Positions 17,852 through 26,447 of a DNA stretch of 64,000 nt are shown here, one piece after another. The translations under genes and the position numbers were made by a program. The first letter of the stretch is position 1. Each line of letters begins with the position of its first letter. The stretch comes from an uncultured delta proteobacterium (lineage in GTDB: Bacteria > Desulfobacterota > Binatia > UBA9968): assembly GCA_963816145.1 (NCBI GenBank), contig CAWFJP010000014.1:256001-320000 (forward strand). Direction: 5' to 3'. The notes under the pieces are model-generated. The model did no database searches and was not told where the DNA came from. It saw nothing but the letters and a program-made list of their open reading frames with translations.

Positions 17852-19174
17852 ATGGCGACGATGATCACGGCGGACTGCATTAATTGCGGCGCATGCGAGC
17901 CTGAGTGTCCCAATAATGCGATCAGCCAGGGCGATCCCGTTTATGTCATTGCCCCGCAGTTGTGCACGGAGTGCGTTGGCTTTCATGATTATGAAGCCTG
18001 CGCCGCGGTCTGCCCGGTCGATGTCTGTGTGACCGATCCGAAGAATATCGAAAGCGAAGAGGTTTTGGTCGCTCGGGCGCGCGCGTTGCATCCCGAACTC
18101 ACGATTGGCGATAATTTCCAATCGCGTTTTCGCAAAGGCGTTGTGGCCGTGGCTCCAGCGGCTGCCGCCCAGCCAGCGTCGGCCGCGCCAGCACCGGCTG
18201 CCGCGGTAAAGCCCGTGGCCGCCCCAGTGGTTGCGAAAGCGCCGCCGCCAGTGCCGTCGGCGAAGCCAGCGCCAGCGCCGGTAAAAACGGAACCGCGGCC
18301 GAAGAAACACTTTCCCAACGAACTACCGTTGAGCTTCGATGAAGCGATGAAGCAGTATCAATCGGGCGGCTCGACGCAACCGGGGTGGTTTCGTGCCGCG
18401 GTGATTCTTGCCCAGCCGCTGATCGGCGCATTGCCTCATGGTATTAAAAAGCGACTGGAGCTGGCGGTGCAGAGTCCGCTGTTTACCGCCGGTGGCAGCA
18501 CGGCGGTGAACATTGTTCATAATGCGGTGCTGTATCCACTCATCGCCGCCGGCATTGGGGTCGCTTGGCATGGCGACCCCGGATTTATTTTCGATAAGGG
18601 GATCAATAATTATTTGTTGGTTGGCTTGTTGCTGGCCGTGTTGGAAGGGATATGGCGGCTCAAGGATGGGCTGTTCAAAGTGAAGCCCGCTGAAGAGATG
18701 GAATTCCCGCCGGGTGTTTATGGCGCTCCGATGGCCTTGGTGGCGGACGCCTTTTTGTCAAAACACGTCGGGTTGGTTCGAGAGATTCCGGTCCCGGTCG
18801 AAGGCTTTTATTCCAAAGGATTTGTCGACAAGCGCGAACGGGAGCGGCGTTACGGCAACATCTATACGGTCGAGGACTGCGGCGGAGCGTATCTGATGCG
18901 CATGGAGTTTCCGCGCTGGCTCCCTGAGCTTGGGATTAAGAATCGTGATCAGCTGTCCGATGAAATGCCCGATTACGATTACGATTTATCGCTGCAGGAC
19001 AGCCAATTGATCGTCAAGGGCAAATGTATCGACGACAAGGTCCGTAAAATCTCATCGAGCGTCGGCGCGTTCCCACCGGAATTTACCAGTGTCATTGCGT
19101 TCCGCGAACGGATTTCCGGTTTTGCCCATCAGTTCAATCACAAAAACTTAGAGGTGCTGCTCGTCAAAGCTTAG
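17852..19174 (+). CDS. YfhL-type 2x[4Fe-4S] ferredoxin fused to Pro/Ala linker, TM segments and a putative alpha-crystallin-like domain
   Basis: CINCGACEPECP, CTECVG..CAAVCP; PA-rich linker; hydrophobic segments; C-term sHSP-like pattern. Confidence 0.8.
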   Translation: MATMITADCINCGACEPECPNNAISQGDPVYVIAPQLCTECVGFHDYEACAAVCPVDVCVTDPKNIESEEVLVARARALHPELTIGDNFQSRFRKGVVAVAPAAAAQPASAAPAPAAAVKPVAAPVVAKAPPPVPSAKPAPAPVKTEPRPKKHFPNELPLSFDEAMKQYQSGGSTQPGWFRAAVILAQPLIGALPHGIKKRLELAVQSPLFTAGGSTAVNIVHNAVLYPLIAAGIGVAWHGDPGFIFDKGINNYLLVGLLLAVLEGIWRLKDGLFKVKPAEEMEFPPGVYGAPMALVADAFLSKHVGLVREIPVPVEGFYSKGFVDKRERERRYGNIYTVEDCGGAYLMRMEFPRWLPELGIKNRDQLSDEMPDYDYDLSLQDSQLIVKGKCIDDKVRKISSSVGAFPPEFTSVIAFRERISGFAHQFNHKNLEVLLVKA

Positions 19175-19236
19175 CAATTGAATCGAGAGAACGTGGCGAT
19201 CAATTTCTCATCAAAGACAGTTTCAGCCACAATCGC

Positions 19237-19272
19237 AAAGCCACAGGAAGAAGAAAGTTCCTGTGGCTTTTT
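19237..19272 (+). terminator. Rho-independent terminator
   Basis: aaagccacaggaa-loop-ttcctgtggcttttt. Confidence 0.65.
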
Positions 19273-19273
19273 A

Positions 19274-19729
19274 GTGTGTGGCAAACCGGTGCTTTTCAGG
19301 CCGATGACCAAGGACGACCTGGACCAGGTCATGACGATCGAGCGCTCGGCGTACCGCTTTCCGTGGAGTTCGGGCTTCTTTCTTCAAGAACTGCAAGTTG
19401 CCTGCGCGCGCTCCATTCTCGCAGAGATCGACGGAAGGATCTGCGGCTATGTGCTGTTTTGGCTGCTGCCAGGTTCGATCGATGTTCACAATTTAGCCAT
19501 CACTCCCGAGCTTCGCCGGCGCGGTCTTGCGCGTAGGCTCATGCGTCACGTTGTGGCCACGGCTAAGCTCCAATCGGCTACTCGTGTGACACTTGAGGTT
19601 CGGCAGTCAAATAGCCCGGCAAAAGAGCTATATGCCTCACTCGGGTTTGTTCAAACCGGTTTGCGCAAGGGCTATTACTCAGACGATGGTGAGGACGCGT
19701 ATACGATGGCTTTAGAACTTGATGTATAG
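19274..19729 (+). CDS. rimI: Ribosomal protein S18 alanine N-acetyltransferase (start uncertain)
   Basis: IE...PWS, HNLAI..RRRG, LEVRQSN, RKGYYS..EDA. Confidence 0.9.
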   Translation: MCGKPVLFRPMTKDDLDQVMTIERSAYRFPWSSGFFLQELQVACARSILAEIDGRICGYVLFWLLPGSIDVHNLAITPELRRRGLARRLMRHVVATAKLQSATRVTLEVRQSNSPAKELYASLGFVQTGLRKGYYSDDGEDAYTMALELDV

Positions 19730-19836
19730 GTTTAACTTCTGGCGAAATTCATGGTGCTCCGAGAACCCGATCATAGTTCGATATTTGAACCCTAAACTAT
19801 TGAAAGGATTATTTTTTGTCAAAAGTTTCATCGAGC

Positions 19837-19866
19837 TTGACGCGCCGTTCACCTCTGTTGTATAAG
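19837..19866 (+). promoter_or_regulatory. Putative sigma70 promoter of carD
   Basis: TTGACG-18 nt-TATAAG. Confidence 0.5.
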
Positions 19867-20112
19867 TATTCTGCTGAGCACTAATGAAAGGCGGTCCGAT
19901 GTTGGTGGCCGCTAATTTTTTTTAAAGTCCCGGAAGCGGGGCAGTGACGAGCGGCATGATACAAAAAACTAATTTTGCAGTTTTAAGTTTTGCCGGTCGC
20001 CCCAGTATTCAGCTCACCCAACCTCATCTTCATAGTTTCTTCGATTCAGCCGTCCAGAATCGACTCTGGTTCGTTCTCAAACGCGAAAGTTTCGGTTTAC
20101 GAGGAGGTTTCC

Positions 20113-20595
20113 ATGTTTAAGATAGGTGAGAAGGTTGTTTATCCGGCCCATGGTGTCGGTGAGATTGAAGCGATTCGCTCGCATACGATCTCCGGATCGG
20201 AGCGAAGGTTTTATATGCTGCGCATCTTAGAAACCGATATGAAGATCATGATCCCAATCGACAACGTCGACTCTGTGGGATTGCGCAAAATTATCGATCG
20301 GGCGATGGTCAACAAGGTCTACAAAGTCTTGCGTCAGAAAAAGGTCGAAACCGACCAGCAGACCTGGAACCGCCGGTATCGCGAATACACCGAGAAGATC
20401 AAGACCGGGTCAATCCTTGAGATCGCCAAGGTGTTGCGTGATCTTTTTGTCCTCAAAGGCGATAAGGAGCTTTCTTTCGGTGAGCGCAAGATGCTCGATA
20501 CCGCACGCAACCTGCTGGTGAAAGAGCTTTCGATCGCGCGCTCACATTCGGAAGAAAAGATCATGGAAGAGCTGCGTCACATATTCACTCACTAA
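20113..20595 (+). CDS. carD: CarD/CdnL RNA polymerase-binding regulator
   Basis: MFKIGEKVVYPAHGVG, WNRRYR, LSFGERKM; GAGGAGG RBS. Confidence 0.95.
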   Translation: MFKIGEKVVYPAHGVGEIEAIRSHTISGSERRFYMLRILETDMKIMIPIDNVDSVGLRKIIDRAMVNKVYKVLRQKKVETDQQTWNRRYREYTEKIKTGSILEIAKVLRDLFVLKGDKELSFGERKMLDTARNLLVKELSIARSHSEEKIMEELRHIFTH

Positions 20596-20623
20596 GTACC
20601 GAATCGAAACCGAATATGTTCCT

Positions 20624-20656
20624 AAGAGCCGAGAGCTTATCTCTCGGCTTTTTTGT
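20624..20656 (+). terminator. Rho-independent terminator
   Basis: aagagccgagag-cttat-ctctcggctttttt. Confidence 0.8.
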
Positions 20657-20668
20657 TTTGGAGCCGCG

Positions 20669-21367
20669 ATGCATGTCACTGCGATTATCGTTGCCGCCGG
20701 CGCGGGCCGCCGGATTGGCGGCGCCACTGCCAAAACCTACCTGCCATTAGCGGGGCGGCCGCTGATCCTGCGAACGCTGGATCGAATTTTTGCAACGCCG
20801 GCAATTGCAAATGTCGTGCTAGTTGTGAGAGCGACTGATGTGAAAGATTGTCGGACGCTTTTGGACTCTGATGCGTCTCTCAAGGGGTGCGCCTGCGTTC
20901 TTCAGGCTGGCGGGGCGACGCGTCAACAATCGGTTCGGCGCGGCCTGAAGAAGCTCGGCCCGGAGACCGATATCGTGATGATCCACGATGGCGCGCGGCC
21001 CTTCGTCTCTTCGGCGCTGGTCGACCGTTGTCTCCAAGCGGCGGTTGTGAAAGGAGCGGCGGTGGCTGGCCTGCCGGTGCGCGACACCATCAAAAGAGTC
21101 AGCGGCGATGGCTATATTCAAAGCACCCCGGAAAGAACCGGTCTATGGGAGATCCAGACGCCGCAGATTTTTCAGCGGGATCTGATTGTCGCAGCCCATG
21201 AATCGGCAGCGCGCGAAGGTTTCGAAGCGAGCGATGACGCCATGGTGGTCGAGCGCATCGGTAAACCGGTCTTTGTCGTCGAAGGGGAGCGGAGCAATTT
21301 TAAGATAACCGTGTCGGAAGATTTAGAGTTGGCCGAGGCGATGATCCGCGCTGGCCTCGTCGCTTAA
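20669..21367 (+). CDS. ispD: 2-C-methyl-D-erythritol 4-phosphate cytidylyltransferase
   Basis: AAGAGRR, RQQSV, IHDGARP, DTIK, QTPQ, NFKIT. Confidence 0.95.
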   Translation: MHVTAIIVAAGAGRRIGGATAKTYLPLAGRPLILRTLDRIFATPAIANVVLVVRATDVKDCRTLLDSDASLKGCACVLQAGGATRQQSVRRGLKKLGPETDIVMIHDGARPFVSSALVDRCLQAAVVKGAAVAGLPVRDTIKRVSGDGYIQSTPERTGLWEIQTPQIFQRDLIVAAHESAAREGFEASDDAMVVERIGKPVFVVEGERSNFKITVSEDLELAEAMIRAGLVA

Positions 21368-22176
21368 TGCGCTGGCGCTTTGACGCTTTCGTTTAAGCTG
21401 CCGCTGCGAAAGCCCTGTAGATCGAGACTAACGAAACTAAAGCCCACTTCTTTGAAACGCTTGACAATCGCATCTCGGATCGTCTTGTCGAAGAGCCGAT
21501 CGATTTCAGTTTGATTGACTTCGATTCTTGCTAGATCGCCGTGGTAACGCACGCGAAATTCACGGAAGCCCAACCCTTTCAAAAATACTTCGCAGGCGCC
21601 GACCTTTTTGAGTTTGTCGAGATCGATGGCGGTGCCATAGGGAAATCGTGAGGACAGGCAGGGGCTCGATGGTTTGTCCCAGGTCGGTAACGCCAGTTCG
21701 CGGCTGTAGCGGCGAATGTCGTCCTTGGTCATGCCGGCTTCGACGAGTGGGTGGCGAATGCGCCATTGATCCGCGGCCCGCAATCCTGGGCGATGATCTT
21801 TGAGATCGTCAAGATTGGTGCCGTCAACGATTGTCGCCAACCCGAGCTTGTTCGCTTGCTCGCGGCAAATGCGATAAAGCTCGTCCTTGCAGAAAAAACA
21901 CCGATTGACCGGATTCTGCGCGTAGGCCGGATTATCAATCTCGTGCGAGTCGAGGACGATGTGGCGGCAGCCCAAGCTGGCGGCGAAACTTTTTGCCGCG
22001 TCGAGTTCTCCCGGCGGAACCGACGCAGACGAGGCGGTGAGGGCAACAACGCCGTCGCCCACCGCCAGATGCGCCGCCTTCAACAAAAACGTCGAATCGA
22101 CGCCGGCTGAAAACGCCACCATGATTTGATCCGATTGGCCGAGGATCTCGGTTAGGTGGCGGAACTTGGCGTCCAT
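21364..22176 (-). CDS. larE: LarE-family ATP-dependent sulfur transferase
   Basis: PP-loop [36 protein letters not shown]. Confidence 0.9.
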   Translation of the reverse strand: MDAKFRHLTEILGQSDQIMVAFSAGVDSTFLLKAAHLAVGDGVVALTASSASVPPGELDAAKSFAASLGCRHIVLDSHEIDNPAYAQNPVNRCFFCKDELYRICREQANKLGLATIVDGTNLDDLKDHRPGLRAADQWRIRHPLVEAGMTKDDIRRYSRELALPTWDKPSSPCLSSRFPYGTAIDLDKLKKVGACEVFLKGLGFREFRVRYHGDLARIEVNQTEIDRLFDKTIRDAIVKRFKEVGFSFVSLDLQGFRSGSLNESVKAPAH

Positions 22177-23105
22177 TTTTTATCGCTGAAAAGATCGGTA
22201 CTGAGGTAATGCTCGCCCTTGTCGGCGAACAGAGTGACCACCACATGGCCTTTGCCGAGTTTCTGCGCAACTTTCAACGCGGCACAGCAAGCGGCGCCCG
22301 ATGAGATGCCGACCAAGAGTCCTTCCTCGGCTGCCAGCCGGCGCGTATATTGGGTGGCTTCCTCGTCGCTGACCGGGATGACTTCGTCGAGAATGTTGCG
22401 ATTCAATACGGCCGGAATGAAGCCGGCACCGATGCCTTGAATCTTGTGATAGCCCGGCTCACCGCCGGCGATGACCGGCGACGATGCTGGCTCGACGGCG
22501 CAGATTCTTACGCCTTTCATTTTTTCTTTGAGCACTTCGCCGACGCCGGTGATTGTGCCGCCGGTGCCGACCCCGGCGATGAAGGCATCGATGCGCTTGA
22601 ACTGTTTGAGCAACTCCTGCGCGGTGGTTTTTCGATGCATGTCCGGGTTGGCAGGATTGTTAAACTGCTGCGGCATGTAGAAGTCGCTGTTCTCCTGGAG
22701 CAGCTCTTCGGCTTTGTGTATCGCGCCACCCATGCCTTTGGTGTCCGGGGTGAGAACCAAATGCGCGCCATACGCCGCGAGCAGGCTGCGCCGTTCCTCG
22801 CTCATGGTATCGGGCATGGTCAAGACCAATTTGTAGCCTTTGACCGCGGCAATCAAAGCCAGCCCGATTCCGGTGTTGCCGCTAGTGGACTCGATAATCG
22901 TCGCGCCGGGTTTAATTTTACCTTGGCGCTCGGCGCATTCGATCATATTCAAGCAGATGCGATCTTTGACCGATCCGCCCGGATTGAAGGACTCCATTTT
23001 GGCCCACACTTCGGCGTCTTCTTTGCCGGGAAGGCTTCTGAGTTTAACCACCGGGGTGGAACCGATCAGATCCAACACCGACCGCGCACCATTGGAGCTT
23101 GCCAC
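22152..23105 (-). CDS. cysK: Cysteine synthase A
   Basis: [31 protein letters not shown]. Confidence 0.93.
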   Translation of the reverse strand: MASSNGARSVLDLIGSTPVVKLRSLPGKEDAEVWAKMESFNPGGSVKDRICLNMIECAERQGKIKPGATIIESTSGNTGIGLALIAAVKGYKLVLTMPDTMSEERRSLLAAYGAHLVLTPDTKGMGGAIHKAEELLQENSDFYMPQQFNNPANPDMHRKTTAQELLKQFKRIDAFIAGVGTGGTITGVGEVLKEKMKGVRICAVEPASSPVIAGGEPGYHKIQGIGAGFIPAVLNRNILDEVIPVSDEEATQYTRRLAAEEGLLVGISSGAACCAALKVAQKLGKGHVVVTLFADKGEHYLSTDLFSDKKWTPSSAT

Positions 23106-23180
23106 GAATAGTCTCGACTTTCCTGAAAGGGGGTGAATTTCGATTTGCTTTTGTCAAAATGCTATATAGTTGACCAGTTA

Positions 23181-24224
23181 ATGTCAATGAATTCAGCCGA
23201 AACCTCGCCCGTACCAAGCGACCTGCCGCGCATTTGCGTGCTGTTCCCCGGCGCTCTCGGCGACTTTGTTTGTTTCTTGCCGGCGCTGCGCCAACTGGCC
23301 CACTCGAGTCCTGTCGATCTTCTCGCCCGTAGTGACTTTGCCGCCATCGCGCCGCCTGGTGTGACTGTCGATTCGTTGGAACGCTTTGAATTACGCCAGT
23401 TATTCATCGCTGACGGTGCGGCCAACCCGCGGGTCAAGCGATTCTTTTCGAGGTACGCCGCCATCTATTCTTGGTTCGCCAGCCAGCAACCAGTATTCGT
23501 TGACCACATCCAAAAAGCTTCACAACGGCGCGCGCAGATTTTTCCGTTTCGCCCGGACAAGCTGGCCATCCATCAAGCGGACTACTATCTTTCTTGTCTC
23601 ACTAGTCAGAGCAAAAAACAGGGAGCTTTTGAACCATTAGTAGCATTGCGTCCCGACGCGTTATTCTGGTGCGAAGCCTTCTTCTGCAGCAACCGATTGG
23701 CTAGTGCACCGCTTCTAGTCCTGGCACCAGGGAGCGGCGCCAGGGAGAAGAATTGGCCCGAAGCCCACTATCTCCAGGTGGCGCATTGGTGGCGCCAGCA
23801 GTTCGACGGCAAGGTGGTGGTTGTCGTCGGCCCGGTTGAGGCCGAACGGCGTGGCTTCGAGCATCTGTTGTCTGCTTCCACGGTCGCCAGTGGGCTTGAT
23901 CTGGCGCAGTTGGCGGCACTGCTTTCCCGTTGCGATGTCTATGTCGGAAACGACAGCGGCGTCTCCCATCTTGCTGCCGCGGTTGGGGCGCGCACGGTCG
24001 CGATCTTCGGTCCTACGGACGAGCGGCAGTGGGCGCCGCGCGGTCCGCGCGTGTCGATCTTGCGCCGTCAGATCGCCTGTGCTCCCTGTGGCGACAGCGT
24101 TAAGAAGCGCTGTCCACATCGCGCTTGTCTCGCTGAATTGACTTCGACGGAAATCATTCATGAGCTGAGAAAGCTCCCGGAAATCGCAAACTTGACAAGG
24201 CTGGAGGTGGGGATTAGAGTTTAG
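23181..24224 (+). CDS. Glycosyltransferase family 9 (heptosyltransferase-like)
   Basis: GALGD, PGSG..KNWP, GNDSGVSHLAAA, FGPT. Confidence 0.88.
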   Translation: MSMNSAETSPVPSDLPRICVLFPGALGDFVCFLPALRQLAHSSPVDLLARSDFAAIAPPGVTVDSLERFELRQLFIADGAANPRVKRFFSRYAAIYSWFASQQPVFVDHIQKASQRRAQIFPFRPDKLAIHQADYYLSCLTSQSKKQGAFEPLVALRPDALFWCEAFFCSNRLASAPLLVLAPGSGAREKNWPEAHYLQVAHWWRQQFDGKVVVVVGPVEAERRGFEHLLSASTVASGLDLAQLAALLSRCDVYVGNDSGVSHLAAAVGARTVAIFGPTDERQWAPRGPRVSILRRQIACAPCGDSVKKRCPHRACLAELTSTEIIHELRKLPEIANLTRLEVGIRV

Positions 24225-24397
24225 TTTAAGTTTTCGATTGAGCAGAAAGATCTGGCAAGTTATTTTCGTCACCGTTTTGATTGTGCTTAATATCGAATAG
24301 ACAGAATGTTTAACCGATTGCCTGGAAATCGGCGATCCGATTGATCGCGCCTACGGTTTCCAGGCTTTTTTTCTCCAGGTTTCGCGGGAGTAGAGAA

Positions 24398-24823
24398 ATG
24401 GCGGCGGAAGAAGAAAAACAAGAAAATAGAGGGTTCACGGTACAGGATCGGCGGCGATTCTCGCCGGAGACTGGAGAAGCGCGCGACGACGCGCCGGAAT
24501 CGCAGCAGGCGGCAAGTCAAGCGTCGCCTCAGCCGGCGCAAGAGGCTGCGGATGCTGCTCGCGCGAATGCGTTGCCAGAGATCGATTTTTCCACCTTTGT
24601 CATTAGTCTGAGCACTCAAGCGTTGATGAATTTAGGTGAAATCGCTAATCCGGTCAGTGAGAAAATCGACGCCGATATCAGCGTGGCCAAGCAGATGATC
24701 GATATCTTGGGCATGTTGAAGGAAAAAACCCGTGGCAACTTGAACGCTAACGAGGATCGGCTGATGGAAGGCATTCTGTTCGATTTGCGCATGAAGTATG
24801 TCGAAGCGGTGAAGAAGCGATAG
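24398..24823 (+). CDS. DUF1844 domain protein
   Basis: FSTFVISL, IDILGMLKEKTRGNL, LRMKYV. Confidence 0.85.
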   Translation: MAAEEEKQENRGFTVQDRRRFSPETGEARDDAPESQQAASQASPQPAQEAADAARANALPEIDFSTFVISLSTQALMNLGEIANPVSEKIDADISVAKQMIDILGMLKEKTRGNLNANEDRLMEGILFDLRMKYVEAVKKR

Positions 24824-24831
24824 GAGTTTGG

Positions 24832-26331
24832 ATGGAACCGGAAAGTAAGTGGGGCGGCAGCATCAGTTTCAAGGGCGCGATATTGGTCGCCCTGGTCTCT
24901 CTCGTGGTCGGACTCGGCATTAGCGGTAGCCTTGACTGGTTGTCGCCGGGGCGGGCGGTTAACTTCCTGGGTGATGCCGGCTCCCCTGAGCCGCGTTCAT
25001 CGGGCGGCCTGCCGGATTTTGTCACGCTCGCGAAAAAGATGAGGCCGCTGGTGGTCAACATCTCGACGACCCAAGTGAGCGAAGCCCGCGGCGCCGGCCA
25101 AGAGTTCGGCAGTCCTTTTGGCGAAGACGATCAGTTCAACGACTTTTGGCGACGTTTTTTCGGCGGGCCGGCTCCGCGCGGCGGACAGCAACGCCAGCGC
25201 AGTCTCGGCTCAGGGTTCATCATCGATGGCGACGGTTCGATTTTGACCAATAATCACGTGGTCGAGAATGCCTCGAAGATCGTGGTCAAACTTTCCGACG
25301 ATCAAGAATACGAAGCCAAAGTCATCGGTAGAGACGCCAAGACCGACATCGCGGTTATTAAAATCAACGCCAAGTCGTCGCTGCCGGCGGCAAATTTTGG
25401 CGACTCCGACAAGCTCGAAGTCGGCGAGTGGGTCGTGGCGATCGGTAACCCGTTCGGTTTGGACAGCACCGTGACATCAGGGATCGTTAGTGCCAAAGGC
25501 CGCCATATCGGCCAAGGGCCTTACGATAATTTTATTCAGACCGACGCTTCGATCAATCCGGGCAACTCGGGCGGGCCGTTGATCAACTTGCGCGGCGAGA
25601 TCGTCGGCATCAACACGGCGATTTTCAGCCGCACTGGCGGCAACATGGGCATCGGCTTCGCGATCCCGATCAATCTAGTCAAAGAACTCCTGCCGCAGCT
25701 GCGCGGCAAAGGCAAAGTCACGCGCGGTTTCTTGGGCGTGTTGATTCAAAAGGTAACCCCCGAGATCGCCGAAAGCCTGGGCGTGGACAAAGCGCAAGGC
25801 GCATTGGTCGCCAATGTTTCCAAGGATGGACCGGCGGATAAAGCCGGCGTTAAAGTTGGCGATGTCATCGTCGAATTCGACGGCAAAGAAGTGAAAGACT
25901 CGGGCGACCTGCCGATCATCGTCGCACGTACGCCGGTGGACAAGAAAGTTCGCATGAAGGTGGTGCGTGAGAAAAAGGAAGTCGTGCTCGCTGTCGCGGT
26001 GGGCGAACTGAAGGACGAAGAAGTGGTGGCCTCGGCACCGGAGAAGGGCGAACTCGGCCTAACCGTGCAACGTTTGACGCCGCAAATGGCGGAGAGTTTA
26101 GGTCTGGAAAAATCCGAGGGCGTGGTGGTTTCGGCAGTCGAGCCGGGGAGCGCCGCCGACGATGCCGGCATCCGGCGCGGCGATGTGCTTATGGAAATCG
26201 ACCGCCGCCCGATCCGTAGTCTCGATGAGTATCGCAAATCAGTTGCCGCGATCAAAAAGGGTAGGGGTGTTTTGTTTCTGGTGCGACGCGGTGAAAGCAC
26301 GTTGTTCTTGGCGCTCAAACCGCAGCGTTGA
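24832..26331 (+). CDS. Do/DegP-DegQ serine endoprotease with two PDZ domains
   Basis: LGSGF, TNNHV, QTDASINPGNSGG. Confidence 0.95.
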   Translation: MEPESKWGGSISFKGAILVALVSLVVGLGISGSLDWLSPGRAVNFLGDAGSPEPRSSGGLPDFVTLAKKMRPLVVNISTTQVSEARGAGQEFGSPFGEDDQFNDFWRRFFGGPAPRGGQQRQRSLGSGFIIDGDGSILTNNHVVENASKIVVKLSDDQEYEAKVIGRDAKTDIAVIKINAKSSLPAANFGDSDKLEVGEWVVAIGNPFGLDSTVTSGIVSAKGRHIGQGPYDNFIQTDASINPGNSGGPLINLRGEIVGINTAIFSRTGGNMGIGFAIPINLVKELLPQLRGKGKVTRGFLGVLIQKVTPEIAESLGVDKAQGALVANVSKDGPADKAGVKVGDVIVEFDGKEVKDSGDLPIIVARTPVDKKVRMKVVREKKEVVLAVAVGELKDEEVVASAPEKGELGLTVQRLTPQMAESLGLEKSEGVVVSAVEPGSAADDAGIRRGDVLMEIDRRPIRSLDEYRKSVAAIKKGRGVLFLVRRGESTLFLALKPQR

Positions 26332-26447
26332 GCCCATTTGTCAGGTTTGAATAAATTCTTGAGGGCTTGGCTTGTCGCCGGCCCTCTTTTCATTGCATTT
26401 ACCGATCATCTGCGCCAAGATTTAACGGTTCATTGGGAGCATCGGGT

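Noticed and set aside
19178-19273. N-terminal extension of RimI
   Set aside because: It overlaps a terminator-like hairpin; the real start is more likely GTG 19274 or ATG 19304.
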